Assembly (NCBI GenBank): GCA_951406725.2
Contig: OX597822.1
Location: 93,744,001 to 93,808,000 of the forward strand
Direction of reading: 5' to 3'
Source: Octopus vulgaris
Lineage: Eukaryota
DNA length: 64,000 bases
The notes below the pieces were generated by a model, which was not told the origin of the DNA, did no database searches, and saw only the letters and a program-made list of their open reading frames with translations. The translations under genes and the position numbers were made by a program. The first letter of the stretch is position 1. Each line of letters starts with the position of its first letter. Below, in pieces: positions 37,695-51,135 of the stretch.

Positions 37695-37879
37695 ATGCAG
37701 AAATGAACATTGTTGAACATTACTGCCATGAAGATATACTTGCCTATGGCATTGACTGGTTCCAGGGAGAAAGGCCAGTACCTCATGACTGTGATTCAGA
37801 AGTTTTAGCATCCTGTTCATTTTATGATTCTTCATTACAGCTTTGGCAGTGGCAGCATGATAATCAGCTTAAAAGTTAA
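37695..37879 (+). CDS. DPH7: DPH7 terminal coding exon
   Basis: Reads DAEMNIVEHYCHEDILAYGIDW...LASCSFYDSSLQLWQWQHDNQLKS then TAA at 37877-37879. LAYGxDW and ASCSFYD are the DPH7 C-terminal motifs. An alternative in-frame acceptor gives a start at 37701. Confidence 0.92.
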
Positions 37880-37885
37880 TCAAGT

Positions 37886-37891
37886 AATAAA
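37886..37891 (+). promoter_or_regulatory. candidate polyadenylation signal of DPH7
   Basis: AATAAA 7 nt after the stop codon, with GT-rich sequence further downstream. Confidence 0.45.
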
Positions 37892-37947
37892 CCTTAATCT
37901 TTGTAATCAGATGTTATATGTATTATACATCGTATTGTATTTTGTGT

Positions 37948-37983
<36 letters not shown>

Positions 37984-38019
37984 ATATATATATATATATA
38001 TATATAAACAGCACGGATT

Positions 38020-38070
38020 TTTGTCAGTGAACAGGTCGTGGTCTTAAAGCGACGAAAATATTTTGACAAA
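38020..38070 (+). ncRNA. type I minimal hammerhead motif with compensated G3-C8 core
   Basis: TTTGTCA-GTGAACA-G-GTCGT(GGTCTTAAA)GCGAC-GAA-AATATT-T-TGACAAA. Perfect 7-bp stem I, 5-bp stem II, palindromic stem III. Confidence 0.65.
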
Positions 38071-40121
38071 TTAAACTTAAATGTTGAAGAGAATCAAACG
38101 GCTTTTGTGTGTTTCTTAAATGGCTTACAAACACCTTCCACGCTGCAATTGTTTTCGTTTCAGCACACGATCGCAGATCAAATCACTTGCTATGCAAGTA
38201 CATCTCCAAAATAGATATATATATATATATATATAGTTAATCCAAACAAGAAAGCACAAAAAAACACAGCAACGCGAGGACGTGGAACAAATATAGTATT
38301 ATTGGACGCTCAAGAAAGAAGGAAAGAAGGAGTGTTTAACGTTTCGAGCGGAGCTCTTTGTCGGAAACATAGGAGAAGGAAAGATCCAGAGAAGGGAAGA
38401 CAGAGGGAAAAAAATCGCCACCGGTACACACGAGGTCACATTATATATATCTATATATATATATAAATAAGAAAATGAAGAAACAAATTCATTTCGATCA
38501 TCAACTTATGGATATTACAATTTCACATTATTTATTAATTATACAAATGGGAACATCAAAATCGAACAAAACAATATACATCAATATGTAATTATTTTTA
38601 TTATTATTTTACATATTGATGTATATTGTTTTGTTCGATTTTGATGTTCCCATTTGTATAATTAATAAATAATGTAAAATTGTAATATCCATAATTTGAT
38701 GAACGAGATGAATTTGTTTCTTCATTTTCTTATTTGTATTATGAATTTACGGTAAAAATATTTTTTACCTTCATCCCTTCAATACAATAAATGAATTAAT
38801 TGCATTGCAATTAAAAGCATTTATGTATTTAGTATTTGGGTACTTTACCAGCTGTATATTGGATAACTGATATCCCATAGTGGGTTACTTTCATAATCCC
38901 TATCTTACTTTCTACTATATATATATATTATTTTCTTCTTTTACTTGTTTCAGTCATTTGACTGCAGCCATGCTGGAGCACTGCATTGAAAGTTTTTAGT
39001 TGAACAGATCAATCTTAGGACTTATTTTTTAAAGCCTGGTACTTATTTTATTGGCCTCTTTTGCTGAACTGCTAAGTTATAGGGATGTTACACCAGCTGT
39101 CAAGCGGTGATGGTGGGGGTGGGGAACAGACACAAACGCAAAGACACACACACAGATACACACACACACACACACATACACACACACACACATGCACATA
39201 TATATATTTGATGGGCTTCTTTCAGTTTCCGTCATAAAGCATTGGTTGGCCTAAGGCTATAGTAGAAGACACTTGGCCAAGGTGCCATGCAGTGGGACTG
39301 AACCTGGAACTATGGTTGTGAAGCATGCTTCTTACCACACAGCTGGAGATTAGAAAAATGTTTTGATAATATTCACCATTACACATGTTTCATTTGCTAA
39401 TAGGACTCACACAATTGAACATGTAAGAGAAACATGTCAGATATCTCCTATAAGATGTTCTTCAGGCAGAGAATCAAATACAGGTACTAAACTCCTTCTC
39501 TGTCGACTTTGGGATTGAAGGTGATCTGGATTTCCAAATTTTCTAGATTTCTGGACACAGGTTAAATATATACCAAAAATATAAAATAAACAATGAAAAG
39601 TAAAGAACAAAATTGTATTACACATACAAATTAATAAATTTCTAAAGTAGGGTCTCTTTGATGTGGCATCATGTGATGTATACGCCATGGAAACCAAAGC
39701 AAAGCAACCACGTGGCAAATTACTACAGTCCACGAAATTCAAAGCTAGCCAATTTCAAAAATAGCCAGATTTCTGGTAATTCCAGATTTCTGGATTCCAG
39801 ATAAGAGGTTTAGTACCCATAATAGGTATTATTTGAGTCTCTGTCTGAAGAATTTCTAATTGAAGATATCTTACATATTTCTCCTACATGAACAATTTTG
39901 GAACTCTTCTTTGCAAATGAAACATGTATTGGTGAATAAATAATGCCACAAATTTTTCCTGTCACCTGTTTTGTGCTCTACAAAAGATATTTTCCAGAAT
40001 TTTCAACTTTTATGTGTGCCTCACACAACAATAGCATATACATAGGAATTTGGATTACTAGAATAAGCAGATGTGCATTAAGAGGACACAGCTTGGATTT
40101 TAGGCCTATCTACATAATATA

Positions 40122-40936
40122 TTACATAGAAAAATGCAAGCAAGAGAAATAATATTCTTAAGATTATAAACCTGGAAAAGTACAGGACAAGTTATTACGT
40201 CTGGTAAAGTATAGAACAAGAAAAGTTTTACTTAAAATATTGCAGTTAAGGATAAAATTTCAAATAAAATATTTAGATTTAGAAAATATCAGCTTTTATT
40301 AAAACTAAAAATTTTATTACACTTTATTACTTCTATTTGTTATTACTTGTTATTTCTATTAAAAATTAAAAAAATTATGCAATTAGAATATTTTTTGCAC
40401 TTAAAAAAAATTCATTTTTTAAATTATTAATTAATAAATAGAAATTTGAAAATAGGTTATAAAAAATAATAGTAGTACATACTTGGTACAATAAATGGAA
40501 TAATACAAAAATAAGTACCTGTAACAACAAATTCACAGTAAAATTTGCTTCAGTTATTGCCAAGTCTTCACATTTTTAGTCTTGACCCAATGCCTTTTTA
40601 TTTCATAATGAATTTGCTTACCATATATATAATACTCCACTTTGCATTAAACTTTAGCTATATTGGTACTTCTGGCTCTCATGTTTTACGTATTCCAGTA
40701 TGTCAATATTCTAACAAAATGATGGTACCTTTTTTATAATTATGTTATTTTATAAATTAAAATCAAATAATTTTTAATATTCAAATTTTATCCTTAGCTG
40801 CAATATTTTAAGTAAAAAATTTTTTTGTTCTGTACTTTATCAGATGTTATAACTTGTCCTAAACTATTCCAGGTGTAATAACTTGTCCTATACTTTTCTT
40901 AAGAATATTATTTCTCTTGCTCGCATTTTTCCATGT
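40122..40936. mobile_element. AT-rich MITE-like element with imperfect TIRs of about 170 bp
   Basis: ACATAGAAAAATGCAAGCAAGAGAAATAATATTCTTAAG... is mirrored by ...CTTAAGAATATTATTTCTCTTGCTCGCATTTTTCCATGT. Confidence 0.7.
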
Positions 40937-42421
40937 CATCCATGTTTTTTCCAGGCTATGTTATTATGCTAATTAATAATGTGTCAATTAATTATTTAAG
41001 ATTTTACCTTATTGGAAATTGAATAATAAATTTCTAAATAAAGTTTTAATTTTTTTCATTTTTGTGATTATTATTGAAATAAAAATAAAATGTTTTAATC
41101 TAAAAAAATAAAAATAAGATTAGTAATTCCTTGATTTGAGCTCTATCATTTAAGCCTAATTAAAATATAGTTTGTTTTTAAAATAAAATAGTTAATTATA
41201 CTTAAATCCAATTTTTTGCCTTACTGAGAAATTCCTGTCAATGTTAATTACTACAATTCTGTTTATCGTCTCATATATTACAGGACTGTGTTTATACATG
41301 GTATAATTTTATTAATTAATACAGATGACATAATTAAACTAATTGCAAATTAGCTGTGTCATTGATAATTTATAATAAAATAAGTACTAGGCTTACAAAG
41401 AATAAGTCCTGGGGTCGATTTGTTTGACTGAAGGTGGTGCTCCAACGTGGTAGCAGTCCAATGACTGAAACAAGTAAATGAATAAAAGAAGATATATATA
41501 TATATAAATTAGAGAAAAACCACTATTATGTAATTCAAAAAATGATAGACATAAACCAAATCATATAGGAAAAATAAAATATATTATAAAACATATGACT
41601 AGATCACAAAAAGTAAGTTTTCTAATATATTTTATTTTGTATTTATGATTTGGTTTATGTCTATCATTGTTTGAATTACATAATAGTGGTTTTTCTCTAA
41701 TTTATATATATTATATATTTATATTGTGAAATTTGATTTAATACTAAATTGAATTTTTCCCTGTAAGTTTGGAGTTATACTCCCTAATATGTATATATAT
41801 ATATATATACATATATATAATGGGAAAGTTTACGAAAATAAACAAAAGACGAAGGCAGGTGGAGTACAAACAAACAAATGTATTAGTATAGCGGTCAGGA
41901 ATAGAAATAGAAAAAGTCTTTTACGTTTTGAGCCTACGCTCTTCGACAGAAAGATACACAGAAAAAAACAAGGAGAGAAAAAAATGTGTGTAGGAGCTAA
42001 CGATCTATAATGGCATCCTCTGTGTGTGTGAGTGTGTGTGTGTGTGTGTGTGTAAAATTTTATAAACAACCTTGGAAGCGTCGAATGTGTTTGGTATTTT
42101 ACAGACGAGGCCAACATGGACAACAGATGTTAAATGATGATGATAATGACGACAATGAGTATAGCTGTGAACACTGGTGTAGCTGGGGGGGGGTAGGAGC
42201 AGTCCACCCCGGGTGGCACTTTTAAAGGGTGACATTTTTCATCCTATTATAGACTATTACTGTAAGCAATATGTGTATTTTGTGGGGCCCAGAGGTGGAA
42301 AACGGAAGGGCCGCCCCCAGGTGACACACATGCTAGCTCTACACCATACACCAGTGACTGTGAAAACAGCAGAAAGATTGGGTATGATACCCTTATAAGA
42401 TGAAAATCAGTTGCCAGGAGA

Positions 42422-42489
42422 TGGCTACAGGACTTGAACCTGCACCCGTCAGACGCCAGTTGAGTACTTTACCATTAAGCTACACAGCC
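42422..42489 (-). pseudogene. tRNA-like pseudogene or isolated SINE head
   Basis: Minus strand GGCTGTGTAGCTTAATGGTAAAG...GCAGGTTCAAGTCCTGTAGCCA has A and B boxes, but the anticodon and acceptor stems are damaged. Confidence 0.55.
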
Positions 42490-43029
42490 AATCTTTCATT
42501 GTTTTATCTTTTATTTGTTTCAGTCTTTGGACTGCAGCACAGCCATGCTGGAGCATCTGCTTTAAAGGGTTTCACTTGATTGAGTTGATCCTAGTACTTA
42601 TTTTCTGTTAAAGATCTGGTACTTAATCTATTGATCTCTTTTTACCAAACCACTAAGTTACGGAGATGTAAACAAACCAACACCAGTTGTCAAACAGTGT
42701 GTGAATGTGGGGTGGGGGGAATATAAACACAGAGACAAACAAACACACACATATATATACAATAGGTTTCTTTCAGTTTTCACCTACAAAATCTATCTCA
42801 CAAGACTTTGGTTGGCTTAAGGCTTTAGTAGAAGATACTTACTCAAGGTGAAATGCAATGGGACTGAACCTGGAACCATATGGTTAAGAAATAAACATCT
42901 TTCCACACAGTCACACCTGCACCTATCAACAGCTGGATACCCTTTTTAACAACACCAACCACCTTAGGAAGTGGACTGAGTGCTTTTTATATTGCACCAG
43001 CATAATCACTCCCATCATCATCATTATGT

Positions 43030-43503
43030 ATAATAATAATAATGAAATTATTGTATACAGTGCTCAGGTGCACCACATCTTGTCAAAAGTGCATATAAAG
43101 CATATGCAGTAATGTACAAACGTCTGGAAAGCGAACAATGTATGAGTCAGATACATGATTGCGTGTGTAAGGAGGGGAGAAAATCAGGTGTAGTGTTGGC
43201 GAATCTCAGAAAGCATGGAAGTTTTGAAGGATGCAGTGCTCCGATAACTAACAACTGATGCCGGCAGTTTGTTCCATGCTTCAGCAACTCTCAGCGTGAA
43301 AAAATGTTTCCTGAAGTCATGGGAGCTGTGCTGTTTTCTGACTTTGTAAATATGTCCACGGGTGTTAGACGGGTGGAGTTTGAAAAGGTGCTCAGAGTTA
43401 TTGTTTGTAAGATGGTTGATAATTTTATGGGTGTCTGCCAAGTCAGCTGCCAGACATCAGAGTTTCAATGTGTCCATGCCCAGGGAAGTAAGGCGTTCAG
43501 AAT
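43030..43503 (-). mobile_element. CR1/L2-type LINE 3' end with 3' UTR and short tandem tail
   Basis: ORF 43184-43441 is nearly identical to 678-927 and is followed by a UTR ending in an (ATT)n-type tail. Confidence 0.85.
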
Positions 43504-44029
43504 ATCATCATCATCATCACTACTACCACTATCCTCCCCATCATCACCATTCAGCACTATCTCTATCATTCTTCTTCCCTCCCCCCACCTATACATATGC
43601 ATCTGTCCATATCATCATCATTATCATTGTTGTTTAACTTCTTTCTTGCATGCTAGCATAGGTTGGACGGTTTGACAGGCGTTGGCCAGGCAGGAGTCTG
43701 CACCAGTCTACAGTGTCTGTTTTTTGGCATGGGTTTTATGGCTGGATACCCTTCCTAATGCCAACCACTCTGAGAATGTAGTGGGTGCTTTTCATGTGGG
43801 ACCAGCACAGGTGAGGTCAGTTTTGGCATGGTTTTTCTAGCTGGATGCCCTTCTAAATGCCAACCACTTTCGTGTGGACTGGGTACTTTTTAAGTGGCCC
43901 CTGGACTGACAGGGTCACCAAGTAACTTTGCAAGACAAAGAATCTTTGAGAGGGGAGAAGACATTGGAGGGGATATATATATATATATATATATATATAG
44001 ATCGATCAGTCGATAGATAGACATAGTAA

Positions 44030-44980
44030 TGTTAGTGGTATCAGTGGTTGTGTTAGTGGTGGCGGTGGTAGCAGTGTCACTGTTGGTGGTGGGGTTAGTG
44101 GTAGTAGTGTCACTGTTGGTGGTGGAGTTAGTGGTGGTGGTAGCAGTGTCACTATTGGTGGTGGAGTTAGAGGTGGATTTAGTGGTGATTTTAGTGGTGC
44201 TGGTGGCAGTGTCACTGTTGGTGGTGGAGTTAGTAGTGGTGGTGGAAGTAGCAGTGTCACTGTTGGTGGTAGAGATGTGGTGGTGGTGGTGATGTTAGTG
44301 ATTGTGGTGGAAGTAGCAGTGTCACTGTTGGTGGTGGGGATGTGGTGGTGGGGATGTGGTGGTGGTGGAGTTAGAGGTGAATTTAGTGGTTATTTTAGTG
44401 GTGGTGGTAGCAGTGTCACTGTTGGTGGTGGTGTTAGTGATTGTGGTGGAAGTAGCTGTGTCACTGTTGGTGATGGAGATGTGGTGGTGGTGGATTTAGT
44501 GGTGATTTTAGTGGTGGTGGTAGCAGTGTCACTGTTGGTGGTGATGTTAGTGATTGTGGTGGAAGTAGCAGTGTCACTGTTGGTGATGGAGATGTGGTGG
44601 TGGTGGATTTAGTGGTGATTTTAGTGGTGGTGGTAGCAGTGTCACTGTTGGTGGTGATGTTAGTGATTGTGGTGGAAGTAGCTGTGTCACTGTTGGTGAT
44701 GGAGATGTGGTGGTGGTGGATTTAGTGGTGATTTTAGTGGTGGTGGTAGCAGTGTCACTGTTGGTGGTGATGTTAGTGATTGTGGTGGAAGTAGCAGTGT
44801 CACTGTTGGTGGTGGAGATGTGGTGGTGGTGGTGGTGGCTGTATCACTTTTGGAGGTGGTGTTTGTGGTGGTGGTCGTAGTGTTGGTGATTATGGAAGTA
44901 TCAGTGTTGGTAGTGGTGATGTTTGGAGTGTTGGTGGAAATAGCAGTGTCAGTTTTAGTGGTGACAGTGATGGTGGTGGT
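44030..44980. repeat. GGT-rich minisatellite (GCAGTGTCACTGTTGGTGGT core)
   Basis: More than 15 recurrences of the core, with a higher-order unit of about 110 bp in 44460-44820. Confidence 0.9.
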
Positions 44981-45689
44981 ATATCTTAATATACTGGATC
45001 AATAAGTAGCTGTGTAAATTCACCTGTCATATCAGCATTTCATTTCTGGAACATTCTCCAAGCACTATGATGACATGTTGCTAATTTTAGAAGTCACATG
45101 ACATCAATAGAGTGTCAACAGATGGTAGGGGTTTATCTGGGAGAGCTGTTGAATATTGTAGTATACTGAAGCTGCCCATGATGATGATGATAATAGCAGC
45201 AGTGATGATGATGCTTGTGGTCATGATAGTGGTGATGATGGTGGTGGTGGGGGTGGTAGTTACGGTGATGATGGTGATAGTGATAATGATAATGATGAGG
45301 GCGGTGGAGGAGAAAGAAGGATGGTAGTAATAGTTGTGTTGGCGATGGTGATGATGGCAGCAATGATGACCATAATGATGATCATGATGATCATGATGAT
45401 CATAATGATGGGAGTGACTACGACAAGTATATTTTATTATTGTTTTCGTTGTTTCAGCCCCAGATCTGCCCTAGTCAAGTAAAATATATGATCAAAGGGT
45501 GTTCCATGACCACCATGCCTTAAAATTTTTATTTTTCTAGTCAGTGTACAGCTTATCTTATACTACATTATCAACTGTGTCCTCTTTTCCCCCCCTTTTT
45601 AATTCAAAGACGACGTTATTTGAAGTATATTTGGCTGCTATTTCTAACAAGTCGAGTAGCCACGTAGAGGCTCCCTTGCTGGATAATAG

Positions 45690-45720
<31 letters not shown>

Positions 45721-46569
45721 AGTCGCTGTCTGCTCATGCGTGCTTGATTATGTCTTCTAAGAGTACTTACGCATTCCTCAATAGGCAGGGGCATGTCTGG
45801 ATTAAGTAGACACCTATCTACCTGTCTGTGTGTCGCACTCCATTGTGCCCCCACCCCCGGGATCTTCACCCTTCCTAAACACAACAGATAAACATGTTGA
45901 ACAAATATATTTCTGCTTCTTTTGTCTTGAATACCTTTTCCCCCCACTTTCATTCTAGACAAATAGACATTGGGCAAACTCTGTTTAGTATGTCTCTCTG
46001 TATAATTGTGTGTCTGTCTGTCTGTCTCTCCTCCCTATCACACTGCTTATTTCTTCTCTCTCTCCTCCCCTTTGGCTGATACACACACACACACACATAT
46101 ATAAACACATACATACACACACAGACATACATACAGACACAAACTCACACACACACACATGCACGTACACGCACATACACCGACATACATACACACACAG
46201 ACATACATACAGACACAAACTCACTCACACACACACACACACACATGCACGTACACGCACATACACCGACATACATACTTATGCATACACGAACTCACGC
46301 ACGTCTATCGGTGCTACTCCCGTTTAAATACCATCACCTCCTACCAATGTACCTTTAGCAAGAGTTCATATTCTCTGTTACAAGTAGACTGGCTCCTCCT
46401 CTTCCTCCTCCTCCCGCCTCTTCTTCCCACATCGTCAGTCATTGTCCTGAAGATGTTCAGCAATAAACATCGAACTGTATCAATCTCAGAATCGCTTAGT
46501 TTGGCCTATAAAGGTCAAGGTCACTGCCTCAATCTAACTTCCAAACCTATCTCATATTTATGTCTCTGA

Positions 46570-47760
46570 ACATACATACATGTATACATACATACATACA
46601 TATATACATACATGCGTACGTACATACATATCTGCATGTATGCATACGAACATGTATGCATACGTACATGTATGTATATTTGCTGACATATATGAATGAA
46701 TGTATATATGCATGTATGCGTATATACATATATGCATACAAACAAGCATGCACACACATATACATGCATGCATACATATATGCATACATACGCACATACA
46801 TATCTGCATGTATGCATACGTACATGTATGTATATTTGCTGACATATGAATGACTGTATATATGCATGTATGCATATATACATATATGCATACAAACAAG
46901 CATGCACACATATACATGCATGCATACATACACACATACATGCATACATACATACGTACCTACATATCTGCATGTATGCATATTTACTTGTATGTATATT
47001 TGCTGACATATGAATGAATGTATATATGCATGTATGCATATATATATATATATGCATACAAACAAACATGCACACATATACATACATGCATGCATGCATA
47101 TATACACACATATATACAAGCATACATACATACATACATGCATACATATCTGCATGTATGCATATGTACATGTATGTATATTTGCTGACATATGAATGAA
47201 TGTATATATGCATGTATGCATATATACATATATGCATACAAACAAGCATGCACACATATACATGCATGCATACATATACACATACATGCATACATACATA
47301 CGTACATACATATCTGCATGTATGCATATTTACTTGTATGTATATTTGCTGACATATGAATGAATGTATATATGCATGTATGCATTTATATATATATATG
47401 CATACAAACAAACATGCACACATATACATGCATGCATGCATACATACACACATACATACATGCATACATTCATGTATGCATACATACATGCATACATACA
47501 TAAATGCATGCATACATACATGCATGTATGCATATATGCATGCATGTATGCATGCATGCATACATGAATGTATGCATGTATATATACATGCATACATATG
47601 CACAGCTCTTTCTCTACCACTTTTTAGTATGTATGCATATATGTGCATATGTGTATATGTATGTTCGCATGTATGTGTATACATGTATGCATGCATACAT
47701 GTATGCGTGTGTATGTAAATGTATGTATGCATGTGTTTGTGGATTTGTATGTGTGTATGT
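46570..47760. repeat. higher-order (about 160-180 bp) tandem repeat built from CATA/TGCA microsatellites
   Basis: Anchor ATATTTGCTGACATAT recurs five times (near 46676, 46832, 46996, 47178, 47342). Confidence 0.85.
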
Positions 47761-49299
47761 GTTTACTGCAAATAGCCTCCTGTCTTGGTCATCTTCAGCT
47801 TCTCCTGCCACCCACTAGAGAGTAAAATATTTAGATGTATGTAATTGTGTATAACATACTTTCACGTCCATATAGACACACACACACACACGCTCGCACA
47901 CACACACACACACACACAACCCTCCATTTACCTACATCATAACATTATTATTATTTGAGTGAATGATGAAGCCTCTTACGTGGTCTCTGAACTGACTGGA
48001 AATGGCAGTCAAATCTTCAAATCGTGCTACTGTCTTTAAAAAAAAAAGAATGAATTAATATATAAATGTGGTGAAAGGGTATATTGGACAATGCAGTCCT
48101 GATAAATAATAAGCTGGATGGCCATGACAGTCACATCTTTACTCTTTTACTTGTTTTCAGTCATTTGACTGCGGCCATGCTGGAGCACCGCCTTTAGTCG
48201 AGAAAATCGACCCTGGGACTTATTCTTTTGTAAGCCCAGTACTTATTCTATCGGTCTCTTTTGCCGAACCGCTAAGTGACGGGGACGTAAACACACCAGC
48301 ATCGGTTGTCAAGCAATGCTAGGGGGACAAACACAGACACATAAACATATACACACACACACATATATATATATACATATATACGACAGGCTTCTTTCAG
48401 TTTCCGTCTACCAAATCCACTCACAAGGCATTGGTCGGCCTGGGGCTATAGCAGAAGACACTTGCCCAAGATGCCACGCAGTGGGACTGAACCCGGAACC
48501 ATGGGGTTGGTTAGCACGCTACTTGGTCATAAATCCACTTGATCAGGTTTGACCTGGGGTTAAACAATGACAACCATAACACCAACAACATCAGTATCAT
48601 ATGTAGATATGGTCTTGATCTCCACTGACCCCACTCAGGGTTTTTGAGAGAAACTTTGCAAAGTGGAATGGTGTGGAGGTGAGTGGTGGGCATCTCTATG
48701 CCCTTCATATCAGATTCACAGGTCCCTTTCTTAGATCTTGTGCTCCTGATCCCTGGTCCAATGTCCTGGCTGATCGCCCACACCTTCATAGCCACTGACT
48801 CCCTGTGCTGTCTTTAGGCATAGGCACTTCCCCAGGGGTCTCACGGGAGGACTTTCCCATGGGCAGTGAACCTCAACCATTTCTTTTTTTCATCTATGGA
48901 CCCCTTTGATTGCTATTTCATTGTGGTGGACCCCTATAACCATTCAATGTTCAAAAACTAGTTTTATTTTGCTATTCACTCATTAATTTGTGTAGGCTGA
49001 ATACATTTAAATTGAAACTATTGTATTTCAACATGTATGTGGAACCCCCTAATTTTAGGGGCTTCAAATTTGGAAAAAGGTTTTGTAAAGGATTATAATG
49101 CTATCCATATCCATGTATAAGAAACTCCCATATTTTTTTAATCTTATACATGTTAAAATAAGGTATATGGACACCTAAAACACTACTGTGGATCCCCACT
49201 TTATTATTTTGCTAGCATGAACCCCACCAAAAATCTTATATGGACCCCTGTTGAGAACTATTTGTTTAGAGCTCCAATTCTGATCTATGTACATATGGC

Positions 49300-49635
49300 T
49301 TGTTATTGAAAAATGCTATAGGACCTAGTGCATTGATTTTCCCAGGGGCCTCACAGCTATAGGGGCCTAATTCTTATCTATGTATGCTGCAGCTTGCTGT
49401 CAATAACTAAATGCTATAGGACTCAGAGCATTGATCTGCCTGGGGACCGCATGGACATAGGGGCTAACTGTGGCTCACTGTCAATAAATAAATACCATGG
49501 GGCCTAGTGCATTGACTTGCTCAGGGGCCTCATGGTCATAGGGGCCTAATTCTGATCTATGTACACTGTGGCTTTCTGTCAATAAATAAATACTAGAGGA
49601 CTCAATGCACTGATTTGCCTGGGCCCTATAATACT
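49300..49635. repeat. degenerate tandem repeat (about 85-105 bp units)
   Basis: AAATGCTATAGGAC..AGTGCATTGA..TGCC..GGGGCC recurs four times. Confidence 0.7.
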
Positions 49636-51073
49636 GCAAAGATAGCCTTGCTTATTCCACCGCTCCTTCTCCTACACCTCATCTCCCAAACACAGACTAT
49701 GACTAATGGTTCTCTTACGTCAGCAACACTAAATTATGAAATTCAGTAGACTTCAGACTCCTGAAAAATAAATTTTGTTCAGTGATGTGTTCCAGAAATC
49801 CAAACAGATGTGTGTATAAATATGACTGGCCAGTAAAGTGGGTACATACATATACAGTTCTTTAGAATTTTCATTATATGTTTAATGTTGCTGAATTTAA
49901 CGCTATTACTTGGCATCTTGGATGCCTTTAGTGGAGTCCACTGTTGCAAGCATTAGGGGTCAGATCTCTACTTTGAAGAAACTTTCCTCCCTCTTTCCCA
50001 CCTGTCTTGGAGGCCTTGTTAAGGATTGTCATAATCAATGCCTTTCTTCTTGATTAAAGGTATATGCATATATGTATGTATATATTTGTATTTGTATATA
50101 TGTAAGTATTTATGTTGTGAAGGTGCATGGCTCAGTGGTTAGAGCGTCGAGCTTACGATCATGAGGTTGTGAGCTCGAATCCCAGACTGGGCTGCATGTT
50201 GTGTTCTTGAGCAAGACACTTTATTTCACGTTGCTCCAGTTCACTCAGCTGTAGAAATGAGTTGCGATGTCACAGGTGCCAAGCTGTATTGGCCTTTGCC
50301 TTTCCCTTGGATAACACTGATGGCATGGAGACGGGTGGCTGGTATGCATGAACGACTAGGGCGGCGAGCTGGCAGAATCGTTAGCATGCCGGGCGAAATG
50401 CGTAGCCGTATTTCGCCCGTCACTTTGTTCTGAGTTCAAATTTCGCCGAGGTCAACTTTGCCTTTCATCCTTTTTGGGTCAATTAAATAAGTACCAGTTA
50501 CACACTGGGGTCGATGTAATCGACTTAATACCTATGTCTGTCCTTGTTTGTCCCCTCTATGTTTAGCCCCTTGTGGGTAATAAAGAAATAGGTATGCATG
50601 AGCGACTGCTGGTTTTCCATAAACAACCTTGCCTGGACTTGTGTCTGGGAGGGTAACTTCCTAGGTGCAATCCCATGTTCTGTGTCATGACCGAAGGGGG
50701 TCTCAGAATGTATTTATGTGTGTGTGTATATATATGTATTTATATGTATATATACATATAGTATTTGCAAGTGGAGAGAGATTTTGTCACTAGCTTGTGG
50801 TTGTCTCACACTGAGGAAATGTAACCAACCAGAAACCTAGGTCTATATCATGTGAGGCTAGAAATGGTAGCGATGACCTCTCTTGCAAATGCTATACGGA
50901 CACAAACTGTGTGTCGATAGCCAGCTGGAAAAGATGTTTTCCTGGGATTAAAACAGCAGTAGCATCGTCCTTTATAGGGCTGCAACATTCGGTTGGCATA
51001 TAAACTTTACTATTTGGTACAGTAACTGTATATCTCTCGCTCAGAGATTTAAAACAAGTTGCTTCTCTCTCTT

Positions 51074-51135
<62 letters not shown>

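Noticed and set aside
46521-47732. 403-aa and overlapping C/M/Y/H-rich ORFs
   Set aside because: Translations of CATA/TGCA microsatellites, open in many frames on both strands.
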